Notes: generated by a model from the sequence alone, not told the origin. A stretch of DNA of 64,000 nucleotides from Callorhinchus milii (GCF_018977255.1 NW_024704742.1:62932001-62996000), one strand, 5' to 3'. Counted from the first letter of the stretch, positions 11,601-26,361 are shown. Numbers and translations are program-made.

Positions 11601-11977
11601 TAATAATAATAATCCTTGCATTTGATATAATGCATTATCACGTCTTCGAGATGTTTGAAGCGCTTCACAGAATATACTATAAAGTGAATTGACTGTGTAT
11701 TTTGGTGGCGAAACGCAGCAGCCAACTGCGTACAACAGTGTCCAACAAACAGTCATGGATTGAGTGGCCAAATTATTATTATTATTATTTTTGAAGGGAT
11801 TATTACCCCTGGAAAAGCGATCCACTAATCGAATAACAACTGGGTTCCTACTTACAGCTAGGGAAACAGAGGCGTGTAGAGTAAGAAAACTTACCCAACG
11901 TTTCACCTGCCCAGGAATCGAACCCATGTCCTCTTGCTTGTGAGACGAGTGCTCGAACCACTAAGATACAGGACTCC
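11601..11977 (-). mobile_element. Full-length tRNA-derived SINE (type A) with (TTA)n tail
   Basis: Head GGAGTCCTGTATCTTAGTGGTTCGAGCAC...GGTTCGATTCC (box A/B); L2-like 3' end. Confidence 0.85.
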
Positions 11978-14900
11978 ACAAAGAGCTACCTAGAGTGACA
12001 CAACATGAAACAGATGATTTGGCCCAGCTAGTCTGCACCATTGTTTGTAATGCCTTCACCCACCCATACCATTCTATTCCCTGCCCTCTCAGTTTTCTCT
12101 TAAATGTATTGATGCTATTTGCTTCAACCACAGCTTCTGGCAGTGAGTTCCATATTCACAGCACTCCCAAACTTTCTATTAGATCCATCACTTATATTTA
12201 TGCACAAATGATGAAGCCAAGCTTTTTGAAATAATGGAGAAGATTGAAGAATTCCATTTAAGATCAGAATGGAAGGAGAAATCGAGAATGCCAATAGCTG
12301 CAAAAGGATTCATGTAAGGTTAAATATGAAAGCCATTGGTTAGACTTGCGAGAGATGTGATAAAGTTGTGCCTTTGAGGAACAGAAAGAAATAAGAGCAT
12401 TCAGAAGATGACGTTTTGGTAAATTTATTATACTGCTGGAGGAGTAAAGATTATATGTGGCATCTGAAAGAGGTTCATGAATGTTAACAAAAGGTTGGTG
12501 CTACATTAGGTCGTTGACAAGCAGTAATAAATGCGGTAATAATGCAATTTTTTTTTAATATCTTTCGTTGACTACAATCATATTGCCTCAAAGCATTTTG
12601 AATCTTGTTTTATTTGCAACTATACTGCAAACACACAATAGGCAATATTTCTTTTTAGGTAAAATTTCTCTTGGATTGTTCAGCCCCTTGTAAAACAAGG
12701 GATGTAATGGAAATGCACAATGAGTTGAAGCACAAATGAGTTTCAACAAGGTTCACAGCTCTATAGGACTGGTTTTGCAATTTTAACACATCCTACTGAC
12801 TGCAGACATGTAGTTATTTGTTGAAGAAATCAGTTGAGGGCCAAGAGAGATAGAATGGTGTATGATTATTAGTTATTTATTTATTGTACTTTGGAAACGC
12901 CAGATAGTTTCTGTGATATTGTGATATTTTCTGGTCCTGTTTGTTAGGTTCCTATGAATCTGGTCTATAGTCATCATCACCAATAATTGCATGAAATCTA
13001 TTTGGTACTTGTGTATTTCCGAGATATGCAGAGGAAATAAATGCATAATGTTTTGCTCAGGCTGAACCTAGATTATTATGTGCAGTTCTGGTTGCCATGA
13101 TTTAATAGAGATGTGCAAGCAAGCCCTGGAGGGGTCTTGCAACCTTGTGAGAAATTGTAGAATTGTAACATCTGTTTTTTTCCATGGATAGAAACTGCGG
13201 GCAGAAATCAACTGTGTTATCTGCAGGAATTTGGTATGTTCCTATGGCCAAGAAAGCCAGAACAGCTGTGTCCTTTCACAGGGTGAGACAGAACAATCCA
13301 AACATATCAGACAATTGCAATGATGCTTGGTTGAAACATTAGCATTGGACCTGAACATACGACCTATGGAGCTCACCCCGGCGCATGGCAATGCTGGCAT
13401 TATTTGAGGAGTTCTGCAAGGAATTTCAGTATAAATAATCCAGTTGATTTTTATTCATATACAGCTGTGGAACTTGCCATACCTGATTTTCAGTGGCATG
13501 TCTAATTGTTTCACACCTATTGCTTTTACATGGGGCCAGCGAAGTGAAAATTCCATTCCCTCCACCAAATGTATAATTGCATAAGGATACGCACCATCTG
13601 CATATCATTTGTAATGCTCAGAACTTGCTCCTTTCTACACAGTCATCTGCAAATTGCAACACACCTACAATAGAGACAAATAACAGCTACATGTGACACT
13701 CTTTTTAAGACAAAAGAAGTTGGCAGATGCACAACAAAAATCAATTTAAACCTGTGCCTCCTAGAAGGTTGTGAGCATCTAATCAGGGAAGATAAAATGT
13801 ACTGTGGCTTGTGATTCAGACTTAAACTTACAATAAGAAACCAAGGTGTGATTCCCAAAGGTTGTCATTACAGGCTGGATTCACTGCTTACGTATATATA
13901 TGTTTGCATACGACAGTCGATCATTTCACCAGAAGCATTGAGAAAGAAAGAAATCATGTTCCTGAATGAAAAATAAGTGATGTCAGAAATCACATTATCA
14001 AATTAACTTTAGATATTTCATTCAAATAATAATAATAGTAAGAGTAATAGGTCCTGACCCCTGACTGTCCAGCACCTTGGGAAATCCTCCCGATGTGAAA
14101 GGTACTCTATAAATGTAATTTTGTTGTTGTTGTTGTAATCGATATCAGGTTTTTCATGTCAGGGTGATGTCTTAAAGCACTTCATAGCATTTACTGTAGT
14201 GTCTGTGTATTTTGTTGGCAAATAAAAGCTGATGGAATTACAACTGTTGTAATTGTCAAGTCTGCGTAAAGGTGAGCAGCAAATGGTTAATGGATATTAA
14301 TTATTATCAGTTATTATTATTAGCTCCGAGATGCTACCCCCACATGAGGAGAGCTATATAAAGTTATTGTTGTTGGTTATATAACAACTTACATTTATAC
14401 AGCACCCTCATGCAGGGTAGCATCCCAGAGCACTTAAATTATATGACCCCTTAGAAACTTGTTTTGTTTAGCCTGAAAGGGTGCCATCACTAGCAGTTTT
14501 TCTAACCTACCTTTTTCTTTTAATTTCACTTTCTAGCGCTCTCTCCATAATTCTTAATGNTTTTTTTAACTGCTCAACTGCTTATCCAGGTTGCTTTCGA
14601 ATGGTTCTATTGATCTAGCCTCAATAGTCACCTGTGCTAATGAATTCCAAACCGCGCTAAATCTCCGAATGAAGAAATTTTTCTCTAATTTTTTCTACTA
14701 CCATTCCTCCTAAGCTCATGGAGTAATGGGAGAGATCAACTTTTGTAAACAAATGGTGGCACAGCTGTTACATTCAAAATTCATCCACTGGGCTCGTAGG
14801 AACATAGATTTTAATACAATAGTTACTGAGCCTCAACAAACAATGAACTATGTTGGAGGTGGCTTGACTTGTGCCAATTCCCACCAAGTGCATTTTCTTC

Positions 14901-15544
14901 CATATACAAATTATATATTTTTTACCATGCAATATTGATAACTTTTTTGTGTATAACACAACAATTTACATTTATATAGGGTCTTTTATGTGAAATAAAT
15001 GTCTCGGAGTGCATTACAAAATAAAATGATGTGTGCATTGTGAAAAAAACAATGTTTGATATAATTGACCAAACAGAGCAATCATAATACATATTTCAGT
15101 GTATCTACTTGGTGGGATTTTTAATAATGGTAACTTCACATACAATACAACATACTTTTCTTTGGTCAGTCAGTTGGTAGGCATACATGGAAACCCATCG
15201 CCATATTTAGATGTATCCAAATCAAATACTAAGAGTTCCACATATCTATAGTTTCCATTTGTCTATTATGGAGTGCAACATATTTCTTTGGAGGGTTTAC
15301 ACACAGGTTGGTAAGAGCCAAGGCTTGACTCTATTGGCACTTCCTCTTGAAAGTTTATTTTGACTTAGATAATCAAACAATTTGAAGAATTATACTTGCA
15401 TGGTAGTGAGTTTATTCAACAGTATAGCTCAAGTATAATTTAGAACTCAAATTGATTGATGCATACATCATTTTAAAATGGCTAAAGTCACATAAAATTG
15501 TACAAGAGCAGAAAAGACCATTTGGACTTCAAGTGATTAAGTTC

Positions 15545-17200
15545 ATAGTCCAGACTGGTACCTCAGAGCAGTGCATTGTTGGGAAAGTGCTTCATTGTCA
15601 GAGGCACAGTTCTTAACATGAGAAATTAAAAACAAGGTCCCATTTGCCTATTGATGTGAACGTTAAAGATCCTGTAGTATAAATGAAAAGAGTTTCTCCT
15701 GGTGTTCTGGCCAACAATCTCCCCGACACACTGGTCATTCACCTCTTCGCTGTTTATGGAACATTGCTCCATGCAAATTGGCTACCATGTTTGCAACCAA
15801 AACACAGCCTCTACAAACTGCAGTGCTGTTTCATGCTGTAAAGCACTTTGAAATTTTTTGATGAAATAAGCCGCTTTATCAAATTAAAGGATTGTTACTA
15901 TTAAATAAATACAATAAATACAAATCCTACACTATCTCTCAAACACCTTGATTGATTTATTCACAAATTAGTTATATAATTCCTATTTTTTCTGACACAA
16001 TCTGCTACACCTCAACAGTCAAAATAATAATAAAAGCACCTTGTATTGTGTTACTTTTGTAACAACAGCTGTACTTGATGCTGCCACTCATGCGAAAATG
16101 TAGATATAGTTTTAATTCTGAAATCTGTCATTCGTCACAATTAAAAGCTTCAGATAAAATGGTAAAAGGGCATCCGGAAATTAAGCACTGTGATTGCATG
16201 TCATAAAAAGTTTACTGTGTTGCGATGAAATTCTGAAGGTCTGACACTTAGGAGTGCATTCGAATATTTAATGTGCCTCAGCAAAAATCAGTACCATAAA
16301 TGCATGTGTCACATCTCAATGCTGTGCTAATTTTATTTCATGCTTGGTCGGTGCTTAGGAAAATGCAAGAGGGTTTCATTGTACATTAAAAATAGACCAG
16401 TCTGAGTTGTATCTTCTGCAACACACCTTTATGTGTCACACGAGATATCTGTTAGAGTGAGAAGTTTGCCAGGGGCAAAGTGTTTTATACGCTTGTCTAT
16501 TAAGACAGACAGCAACAACAACAACAAAATTACATTTCTATAGTGCCTTTCACGTCGGAAGGATGTCCCAAAGCGCTGGAAACAAACAATAATATTATAT
16601 TGATCCATCTATATGATTGAGCATTACAGTGAGAGGTTAGTGTTTCCTACTACAGAACCCATAGCTTACCTGGAGATTTTGCTTTTAAAGACCATCATTG
16701 TACATTTCCCTAATTGCTAGTATATGAAAGCAGTAAAACTTCATGCTGTACACAGCAGGTTTGGTTTTGCTTCGCAGACGCTTAGTTGAAAATAATTATC
16801 CTTGAAGTTGATAAAGTCAATCATTGCATCATCAAGACATCTCAAAATGCTCAACAAGATTTTACTGTGAACTGTATGTAATAACTGTCTGTTTTATAGG
16901 CAAACATACAGCCAATTTGCACATAGAAATGTTGAACAAACAACCATGAAGGGGATTGCTGGCCAGGACACTGGAAGAAACTCCCTTCTCTTTTCTATTA
17001 GTGCCATAGGTTCCTTAAGGTCTACCTGAACAGGTTAGATGGGATCTTGATTGAATGTCTCAACCGAAGGTTGGCACCTCCGACAATGCAGCACATCCTC
17101 AACATTGCACGGCACTGGAATGCCAGATTACATTGTAAACTCAAACTCCCAAAATGGGTCTTAAACCCAAATCATTCTGTCTCAGGGTGAGAGTGGTTTA
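15545..17200. mobile_element. Two decayed Deu-domain SINEs (about 15545-15900 +, 16790-17200 -) and a bare L2 tail (about 16510-16580 -)
   Basis: Same conserved blocks as the other copies; unique AT-rich DNA lies between them. Confidence 0.65.
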
Positions 17201-17850
17201 GTATTTGTATTTTTAGTGTGGAGCGGAACTGGTTGATATACAGAGTCAGGATTTGTCACAGGTCAACTGGCACTCTGATGGTTAAATCATTTTTGTGCCT
17301 CCACAGTGCTGGAACTGGAATCTTAAAACATGGTTGGATCAGGGAACAAGATACTCTGGAGACATTGGCACTGTGTTGCTTAAATCATTAACTATAGCAC
17401 ACAAGAGTGAAAAATGCTGTGCTGTGGAGTCTTTGAAGTGGATGTCTCTTTCAGGCTTTGTTACTGAGAAGAGTATTGGTGCGCTTACACACCAAGAAAC
17501 AGTCATTAAATTAAGGATGAGAAATTGAAACTGCCTTTAACACTATACAGTCATATTTTCTATTGCATGGAGAAAGTTATGTGAGACGCTCATAGATCAA
17601 TGCATCCCAATAGCAGATGGACGAAAGGGAAAATTGGGGTCTGTAATTCAAAACAGAATGATTATCAACATACAATTGCAGACAATGAGACAAATTGTCT
17701 GAAACCTATAAGCTTCCACCCTTTTGAAAAATCATTCAATGCATCTAATTGAAATCTTACATCAGCTCCCAAAAGAACTGATGCAATTCACTTGAGGAAA
17801 AATCCTGTTAAGTTATATTATAGATCAACTCCACTTAAAATAGTGATTTT

Positions 17851-19400
17851 ACATAAGAACATAAGAAATGCTAGATGAGAAAAGACCAAGGTCCATTGGT
17901 TTGCCTTACACCTTCCTGGCAGTCACATGCACATATGTCCCAAACTACCTATCTACTATACCCATAATGTTATCTTCTAAAATAAATCTATCTATCTGTG
18001 TTTGAAAGAATTAACACTTCTTGCTTCAACCGTCTCCCTAAGGAGCCTGTTCCACCGGTTCACTATTTGCTCACTGAAATATTGTTTGCGTAGATTCATT
18101 CTGAATTTACCCCCCTTCAATCGCAGGCTGTGTCCTCTGGTTTTACTATTCTGGCCAAGTTGAAGCAGCCCGTCATGATCTATATTGTCTAACACCTTTA
18201 GAATCTTAAAGACAACAAACATGTCGCCTCTCAATCTTCTCTTTTCCAGGGTGAACATGCCCAATTCACTTGGTCACTCCTCATAGTCCAGTTCCTCTGT
18301 TCCCTCAATCATTTTGATTGCCCTCCTCTGTATCTTCTCGATTTCTCAAATATCCTTTTCGTACTGCGCTGACCAAAACTGTACACAGTACCCTAAGTGT
18401 GGTCTCACCAATGATTTTTACAGTGGCAGGATTACCCCACTATTTTGGCTCGCTATTATTTTGATACATCCCAACATCTGGTTTCCTTTATTCACTGCCA
18501 CAGAGCATTGTTGGGAGAGCTTCAATGTATTGTCAATCAGGGCCCCCGGGTCCTTTTCATTTTCCATACATATTATTTTCCTTCCGTTCAAATAATAATC
18601 CCTTCCAGGATTTTTTGTCCCTGTGTGAAGTACTTTACATTTCTCCACATTGAATCCAAAGTATGTTCAAATCCTCCTGTATCTTATCTTGTTCAGCTTT
18701 GCAATCTACCACCTACATTAGCTTGGTGTCATCTGCAAAAGTGCTTGCAACTCCTAGTTCCAGATCATTTATAAAAATATTAAACAAAAGAGGTCCCAAA
18801 ACAGACCCTTGTCGAACTCCACTGGTAATATTTTCTAAGTCTGATGACATTCTCTGTATCACCACCCACTGGGTTCTTTCAGTCAACCAATTGCATATCC
18901 ATTGCAATATACCTACTGATTCTCAGTTCCTTTACTTTCAATAGCAGCCTCTCAAGAGAAACTGTATCAAAGGCCTTACTGAAATCCAGATATACAACAT
19001 CTACAGCCTTACCCTTATCAAGTACACTTGTGCTACTGTCAAAGAAAACCAGTAAATTAGATTGGCAAAACCTCCCCTTCACAAACCCATATTGGCTAGC
19101 ATTTATGATTTCATTTCTGTACAGATGCTCCATGATTTTATCCTGAATAAGTCTCCATTATTTTACCCACAATGGACGTCAAACTTACTGTAATTTCCTG
19201 AGTCATTTTTGTTACCTTTCCTAAAAATAGGAGTAACATTTTCCTTTCTTCAGTCCCCCGCACCTCTCCAGTATTCAGTGATTTTTGAAAGATTTGTGCC
19301 AGCATTTCTGCAACTTCCTCCCTTAGTTGCTTAAGGATTGTTGGTTGCAATTTATCTGGCCACTGAGGTTTATTTATCTTCAGTTTTCACAGATGTTTGG
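17851..19400 (-). mobile_element. CR1 LINE, truncated and frameshifted RT
   Basis: Peptides [52 protein letters not shown]; (TTCTTATG)n tail. Confidence 0.92.
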
Positions 19401-19410
19401 TCAGCAACGG

Positions 19411-20410
19411 ACAACAACAACAAAATTACATTTATAGAGCGCCTTTCATGTCAGGAGGACGTCCCAAGGTGCTGGACAGTCAGGAGTCAGGATCCGAGCA
19501 TGGGGAAGGGGTGGTGTAGGGGTGAGGGAAGGCAGAGAGGTGGGAGAGTGACCAAGGCACGATCGAAGAGGAGAGTCTTGAGACAGGCCTTGAAGGAGGC
19601 AAGGGAGGAAGTGAAGTGAAGGGACTGTGGGATGGAATTCCAGAATGTGGGGGCAGAGAGGATGAAAGCTCAGCCACTGATGGTAGGGTGGGTCGGGCAA
19701 GAGACATGGAGCAGGCTGAAGCCCGCTGAATGGAGGGAGTGGGCAGATTGATGGAGAGTCAGCAGGTCAGAGAGGTAGGAGGGGGCAAGGCCATGGATGG
19801 CCTTGAAAGTGAGGACGAGGATCTGGGGGATGGGGAGCCAGTGGAGTCGGGCGAGGGTGGGAGTGATGGGGTCACGGAGCCTGGTGCGTGGGAGCACATG
19901 AGCTGCAGAGTTTTGGATGATCTGTAGGTTGTGAAGGGAAGAGTTGGGAAGGCCGATGAGGAGGGAGTTCCCTTAATCAAGCCTTGAGGTGACAAATGTG
20001 TGGGTGAGGGTTTTGGCAGCCTGAGGGGTGAGGCAGTGCCGGAGTCTGGCAATATTCTGGAGGTGGTGGTAGGCAGTGCCGGTCATGGCGCGGATGTGTG
20101 GGAGAAAGGACAGTTCAGGGTCAAACAAGATACCCAGGTTCCTGACTGGCTTAGTGAGGTTAAGTGTGAAGCCATGGAAGCTGATGCTGCCAGCACCCAA
20201 GGTGCGGAGGCGCTGGCGCGAGCCAATCAGGAGGGCCTCAGTTTTGCTGATGTTTAGCTGGAGAAAGTTATCCCTTGTCCAGGACTTGATGTCGGCGATG
20301 GGACTGTGGGATTGAGTTCCAAAGCATGGGGGCAGAGAGGCTGAAGGCCTGAACGCCAATGGTGGGGCGGACCGAGCGGCGGAGGTTGAGCCCTACTGAG
20401 CAGAGGGAGT
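19411..20410 (-). mobile_element. L2 LINE, truncated, with an extra 3'-region piece at its 5' junction (20300-20410)
   Basis: NFLQLNISKTEALLIG, VRNLGILFDPELSF, HTFVTSRLD, PITPTLARLHWLP; (TTG)n tail. Confidence 0.92.
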
Positions 20411-20424
20411 AAACAGGTTGATAT

Positions 20425-21750
20425 ATCATTGCATCAAGCTGCTATTTAAATAACTCCAGCGTCCTGGCCTCTACCACTTTCCCTGGCAACCTGTTCCAGT
20501 CGCTGATTTTGCTCTGTGTAAAGAAAAACTTCCTGGTAACTATTTGAAATTACCCTGGACAACTCTAAACCTAGTCTTGTTCTACTGTCATAATACCTGC
20601 TAGAAACATTGATCAGGTTTACTTTTTCAATCCCATCTAACATTTTGTACATTACTATGAAGTTCCCTACGACATTGGTCAGACAAGAAATCATCCCTTA
20701 ATAACTCAGTCTTTTTCATTTTCAGGAACTTGTCCAGTTTTTAAAAGTTGGTGATGAAATTTAGATGATCATAAAATAGGTTTAGATGAAGCCTTTGTCT
20801 CATCCTTCGATAAAACCCAACCTACCATCCTCCAACTACAGCCAATTATCTTTACAGTATATTCTGTGAAGCACTTTGAGACATCTTGAAGATATGATAA
20901 GGTGCAATATCAAATCCAAGGATTATTATTATTATTACAGCAACAAGTAGCAACAACCTGGCCTCAATGTGTCTTCTGGTAGAAATACTTTGCAATCACA
21001 AACCTAAATTCTCTTGTTCTGCTGCCTTGACCCAATCTGAAAGTATTGTTTTGGTTTTATTTTCTCAAACCCATTAAAAATCTTATAGACTCCTTGCAAA
21101 GCCCCCTCTGAGACATCTTATACAAAGCTGAAGAGCCCAAACTGGTCTACTTGTTGCTCATAGTTCATTTTGTTCACGCTGGGGTTACCCATGTTGGTCT
21201 CCTCTATGCTGCCTCTAGGGCCTCGGCAGCTCCTTTATTTCAGAACCACATGTAGTACTCCAGGTGTATCCTGTCTAGAGCAATGTACAGTTTGAGTATT
21301 GGGATCTGAATTCAACTAATTTGGCAATATACCCCAACATCCTGTTTACCTTGTTTATTGCTGCCTCACATTGTGTTAATATGATGATTGATGAGTCCAC
21401 TAACCTTCCTAGGTCTCATTCAGCTTCCCCCTTGGCAAGATGTATCCCATCCATGCAATACATGGCATGCTTCCTATTTTTATGACTTATCTATAGTACC
21501 TTCCATTTATCTGAATTAAATTTCATGTGCCATTCATCAATCCATTTGGATACCCTATTAAGCTTTCTTTGAAAGATCTGTGCTGCCTCCTCAGATTCCT
21601 CCCACTTGGTGTCATCTGCCAGTATAACTACTTTCCATTGGGTCTGTAAATCTAGATCATTAATGCTTACTCAGAATAGGATGGTATTAGCACAGACTCC
21701 TTCAACACGCTACATAATAGCTCCCCCCAATTTTGACCTAGCTCCCTCTA
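20425..21750 (-). mobile_element. Older CR1 fragments interrupted by a SINE tail (about 20850-20937 +)
   Basis: Minus reading includes GCAGATGACACCAAGTGG (ADDTK), YKMLDGIEKV and CACCTGGAGTACTACATGTGGTTCTG. Confidence 0.7.
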
Positions 21751-24700
21751 TTTGTCTCCCTTATCTGGAGGATTGTTAGGCAGGACACCAGGAAAAACTT
21801 ACTTTGTTGCAACGTGGAATGGTTTATCAATGGAAGTTGACTCCATAGAAACAATTAAAATGAAATTGGATAAATACGTGAGGAAAATTAATATTAAAAA
21901 GGTTACAGAGAAAGTGTATGAAATGGATTAGAATAGATATTCCTGATGGGGGTGGAGGTTGGGGGAGGGAGGGGGAGAAACACGGCAATAGCACAGGCAC
22001 AGAAGGGCCTCTGTACCATAAATCTTCTCTGATTCTAACTATTGGGTTTTGACATAGAGTTTTATGAGACATTCATCATGCTGAAAAATGAGCTCTTGCA
22101 CCATAATTGATTGTCCTTCCCCAGTTGTCTCTTAGCATATTCTAGCTCACTAATTTGTTGTAACAAATTCAGCAAGCGTTTGAGATTTTAAATACTCAAT
22201 TTCACAAGTCAGCATTTGAATGTTGTAGCATTGTAACTGGTGGAAGGTCCTATTGGGCAAACAATGAAGATGGACAATTAAGTGCCAGAGCCTGCGTGGG
22301 GTCACAGCAACAGTTAAATTCAATTTGCGCAATGTTTTTGACCATAATTGACAATTATTTCTAACATTTTTGCTTGTCCCCAGGCTGGCTTTACTTTAAT
22401 AAGCTATGCTGGTCAAGCCAGTGATATAAAAGCTATCAAGGCTATTCCCCTCCAAGCTCCCATCAGTGAATATAGAAACTGATACATGACAAAAAAAGTC
22501 TTACTTCCTGTTTTATATTAAATGCTGAGCTTGTTGTTTCTTTCCTTTTTTATTCAATTTCTTTCCAAAATGCAACTGGATATTACATCTAATAGAACTT
22601 GAAACAAATAAAAATCATGTTAAATCACCAACAGTCTACGCTGAATGATTTATGAAACCCTTCCTCTGTATGAAAAAATAAATATGACACGTAAAGAGTT
22701 GCTGGATATATTAAGATACATCTCCTTTCAATGCTATACAGTTGATTTACACTTCATTGTATGACAGATATAAACTGTGCATCAAGAAGTGACTGATGTG
22801 TGGCATCAAATCATTACTACAAGAACTAGCCACAGTTCAGGGTTTTTTAAGTGACAATCCAAGCTGCTGGCTATTTCTAATGTGGAATATTAGAAAATAA
22901 GGTCAGATTTGTTGTTTCGTTTTGCTCTTTTTCTCATAATTACCAGAGATAATTACTGCTCGATCAATCATGGTGCGTTACAGACAGGACTTTGGCAGGT
23001 TCCTTGTGTGTTAGGTGAGATTCCAAATGAATGAGGATGCAATGGGGTAAAAAGTACAATCTGTGATGTATTGCTAAACCCATCAATGAAACATGAGACC
23101 ATTCTGGGATTTTAATTATTAAGTTGTCCACAGGTGTGACTTCCTCTGAACCTTCCTCCTACTGCTCCACCCCCCCACCGACCTTGTCTAATGATTGAGC
23201 CTGAAGTCATCCTCAAAAAACATTAGAACAACATCTAATTTATTGACTTAAGCCTGGATCCCTTCTGTCCAATGTGTGGCACAGCTGACTTCAGGCTCAA
23301 CCATTGTGATGGAGTTGGGGGTACGAGGTCATATTTGTGGACCAGTCGATATCTCATTATGCTATGTTTCAATTGACACCAATGGTAATTAATTAACACA
23401 TCACAGATCTCAATTACAACCTAGGATCACAAAATGAGACAGATCAAGGAGTACCAGATGAACTATTTACTTATTTATATTCATCGCAATTGAATAATGT
23501 TTTAAAAAACATAATCCAATGGAGTGAAAATACAAACAGGATTGTATGATACCAGACCACCTTTTGCTAGTTTCATAGTTGTGGACTATAGTGTAACGTC
23601 TCATGTGACATCAATCCATAACGGCAAGTTTGGAGTTGATTTAGTGCCTCATCTGGTCGAAATGTCTCAAAGCTCTTCACACAATGAATTATTCCGATGT
23701 CTGTTGATTCTTCTGTTGACAAACACAGCAACAAATCTGCTTCTACAAATTCTCACAGACAGGAATGAAGAGGACTGGGCAATTTATCTGTTGGAGGTAT
23801 TAATGGAATGTTAATTGAGGGAGAAATATTGGCTAGGACATTTTGAGAGAAGACAGCTCTATTTTGCAATACAGTAGCTGATTATCTGCACTAGTTGGGG
23901 TCGGTCTAATTGCAGATATGCAAACAGAACAGATAATCAATCGGACAATATGAAAAAATATAAATTGGCTCCGTAGCTAACTAAAATATTGTTCCATCAC
24001 TATTATGTGCCATTCCTTATCTCTCTACCATTTTTTCTTTGTCTCTTTCTTTCTTTCTTGCTCTGTCCTGTCTTTTTTGCTCATTCTACCTTTCTCTCGG
24101 ATTAATCTCTCCAATTCTCTCCCGATCTCTCTCTCTCTATGTCTTTTTCTATATCACTTGCTTTTTCTAGCCTTAGGCGATTTACTTGTTACTCCACTTA
24201 ATACATAACTAGCATTCTAGAAATTCTTGTAAGTATTTCCTTCAGATAATAATAATCCTTGCATTTGATGTAGCGCCTTATCATGTCTTCGGGACATCTC
24301 AAAGTGCTTCACAGAATATACTGTAAAGTGGTTTGACGGTATTGTCAACATGTTGCAATAATTTTTAAAAGAGCAATATATAGATATGAGCACAGGAACA
24401 TGGAAATGCTCACGTAATATGTTAGTGTTATTTTCATTGATTGCAATAAAAGGAAGCATCTCATGTATTAAAACTACAAAATGTGACTCTGAAGACCTGC
24501 GACTCAAAGGCCATAAGAATCTTTTCTTAAAATATTTCACATTTAGGAAGATCGGAAAACTGGAACAGGAGGAGGGCATTCAGCAATATCATGCATAAGC
24601 TTCGAAAATGCTTATAGTTGGTACTCTGAATAACTGTGGAAAAAAATCTTCTATATTAAGACAAAATTTAAGAAGTTTTCAAAACTTGCACTTAAATTTT

Positions 24701-26361
24701 AAGACAACAAATAGGGAAATGTGGGTCTCTGATGTGAAGAACACATTCACAGCACATGGGAACTAAGATATTTGTCTTTCATACACTAAACACTAAAAAT
24801 TGCAAATTTTGCATCTAGTAACAAAAATATTGCAGTCGTTAACGATTGGTGCATAATAGATCCCATCATTCAGTTGTCCAAATTTTGCTGCCCACATGAG
24901 ACATGATTGCCACAGCGCAATGAGAAACATAACCAATTAGGACTAGCAATAGATAAGAAGGCATATATATCTGAAAAGATTGAACTTATTACTTCCTGTG
25001 TAGAGCTGCGAAAAGCCATTAAGTAACGACAGGCTTAACAAAGCAATGATCAATTATAACTGAGCTATAAACTGGATCAATAACTTACAGTTAACTTAAT
25101 TGAGCCATTCCAGGATCATTTATAAACAACAAATTTCTAGGGTTTAGGTTGATCTGTTTGCTATTTCTTTAAAAATAAAAGAGCAGCACACAAGACTGAA
25201 AAATCAGCAGTTGTCTTGTCTCTCTATGTCCTCTGCTGTCATGATGGATTGCGGGTAAGTGCTGGTGCCTGTGAGACAAAGGTAATTTTTTTGGTTTACT
25301 GAAAAGTGAATTAGTGCTGAGTGGACAAGGTAGATGTTGAATGTCTGACCTTCACCCTAGACTCCACGACCCCCTTCCTTCACTTCCCCACCTACGCAAC
25401 ACCTATCAGCAATATATTTGTGGAGTTTGAATCAGATTTTCCTAGCATTGCTGGCAACATGATGACAATGAAGTGAGAGATTGATCACATCTAATCCCTG
25501 GTGCTGGAGATGGGAGTGTGGACTCATTTTTCCTCACAGTTCATATGACAGACACGTATACATTTCCTGGAGAGATATTTGAGTGTACTCTGATTTGTTT
25601 TTTGGTTCAAAATTCAACTTTGTGCGTCACTGAATTGTATTTCTCCCCTCACCCAGATCTCAAATCCTAAAAGAAACCCTCACTCTCAATCATATTCCTA
25701 CAGAATAGACCAGAAATAGTCATAAACATGGTATAATGCGCCTTATTTTCACCAATATAGCTTTAAAATTATTCAAAATCAATTAATTATCATGCGATTC
25801 ATGTCCACTGCAATATTTGCTCACTTTAAGATGATAAATTGCACTTACCCAGATGTTGGTATTTAATACATCATAAAATGCTTGTTTACAAAATACAGTC
25901 TCTTCACTCCACAATAAATCTTATGAAATGATTTGTGACGTCTTGATGACGTGATAAAGTGCTTTATCAAACGTAAAATAACAACAATAATAATCTTTAC
26001 ATTTGTTACAGTGCCTTTCATATCAGCAGGGTGTCTCAAAGTGCTTCACATGATACTTTTTAAAGTAAAGTGCAGTGACTGTGCGTGTGTTTCTGTGTGA
26101 GTGAACACGGCAGGCAATTTGCGCACAATAATGTCCTTACAAATAGTCATGAAGTGAATGACCAATTTGGGGGAATGTTGGCTGGAGCACTTGGCTGAAT
26201 GGTGTCATAGGACCATTAATGTCCACCTGCACAAGCAAACAGAGTATTGGTTTAACGTCTCATCCGAAATGCAAGGATTATTATTGTTGTTATCTGTTTG
26301 ATGCTATGGTGTGTATGACTAAATGGCAGCTCTTAGTTTTACTGTATTTTCTTTTGTTAAG

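Noticed and set aside
24005..24208. Hydrophobic 67-aa ORF
   Set aside because: CT-rich low-complexity sequence.
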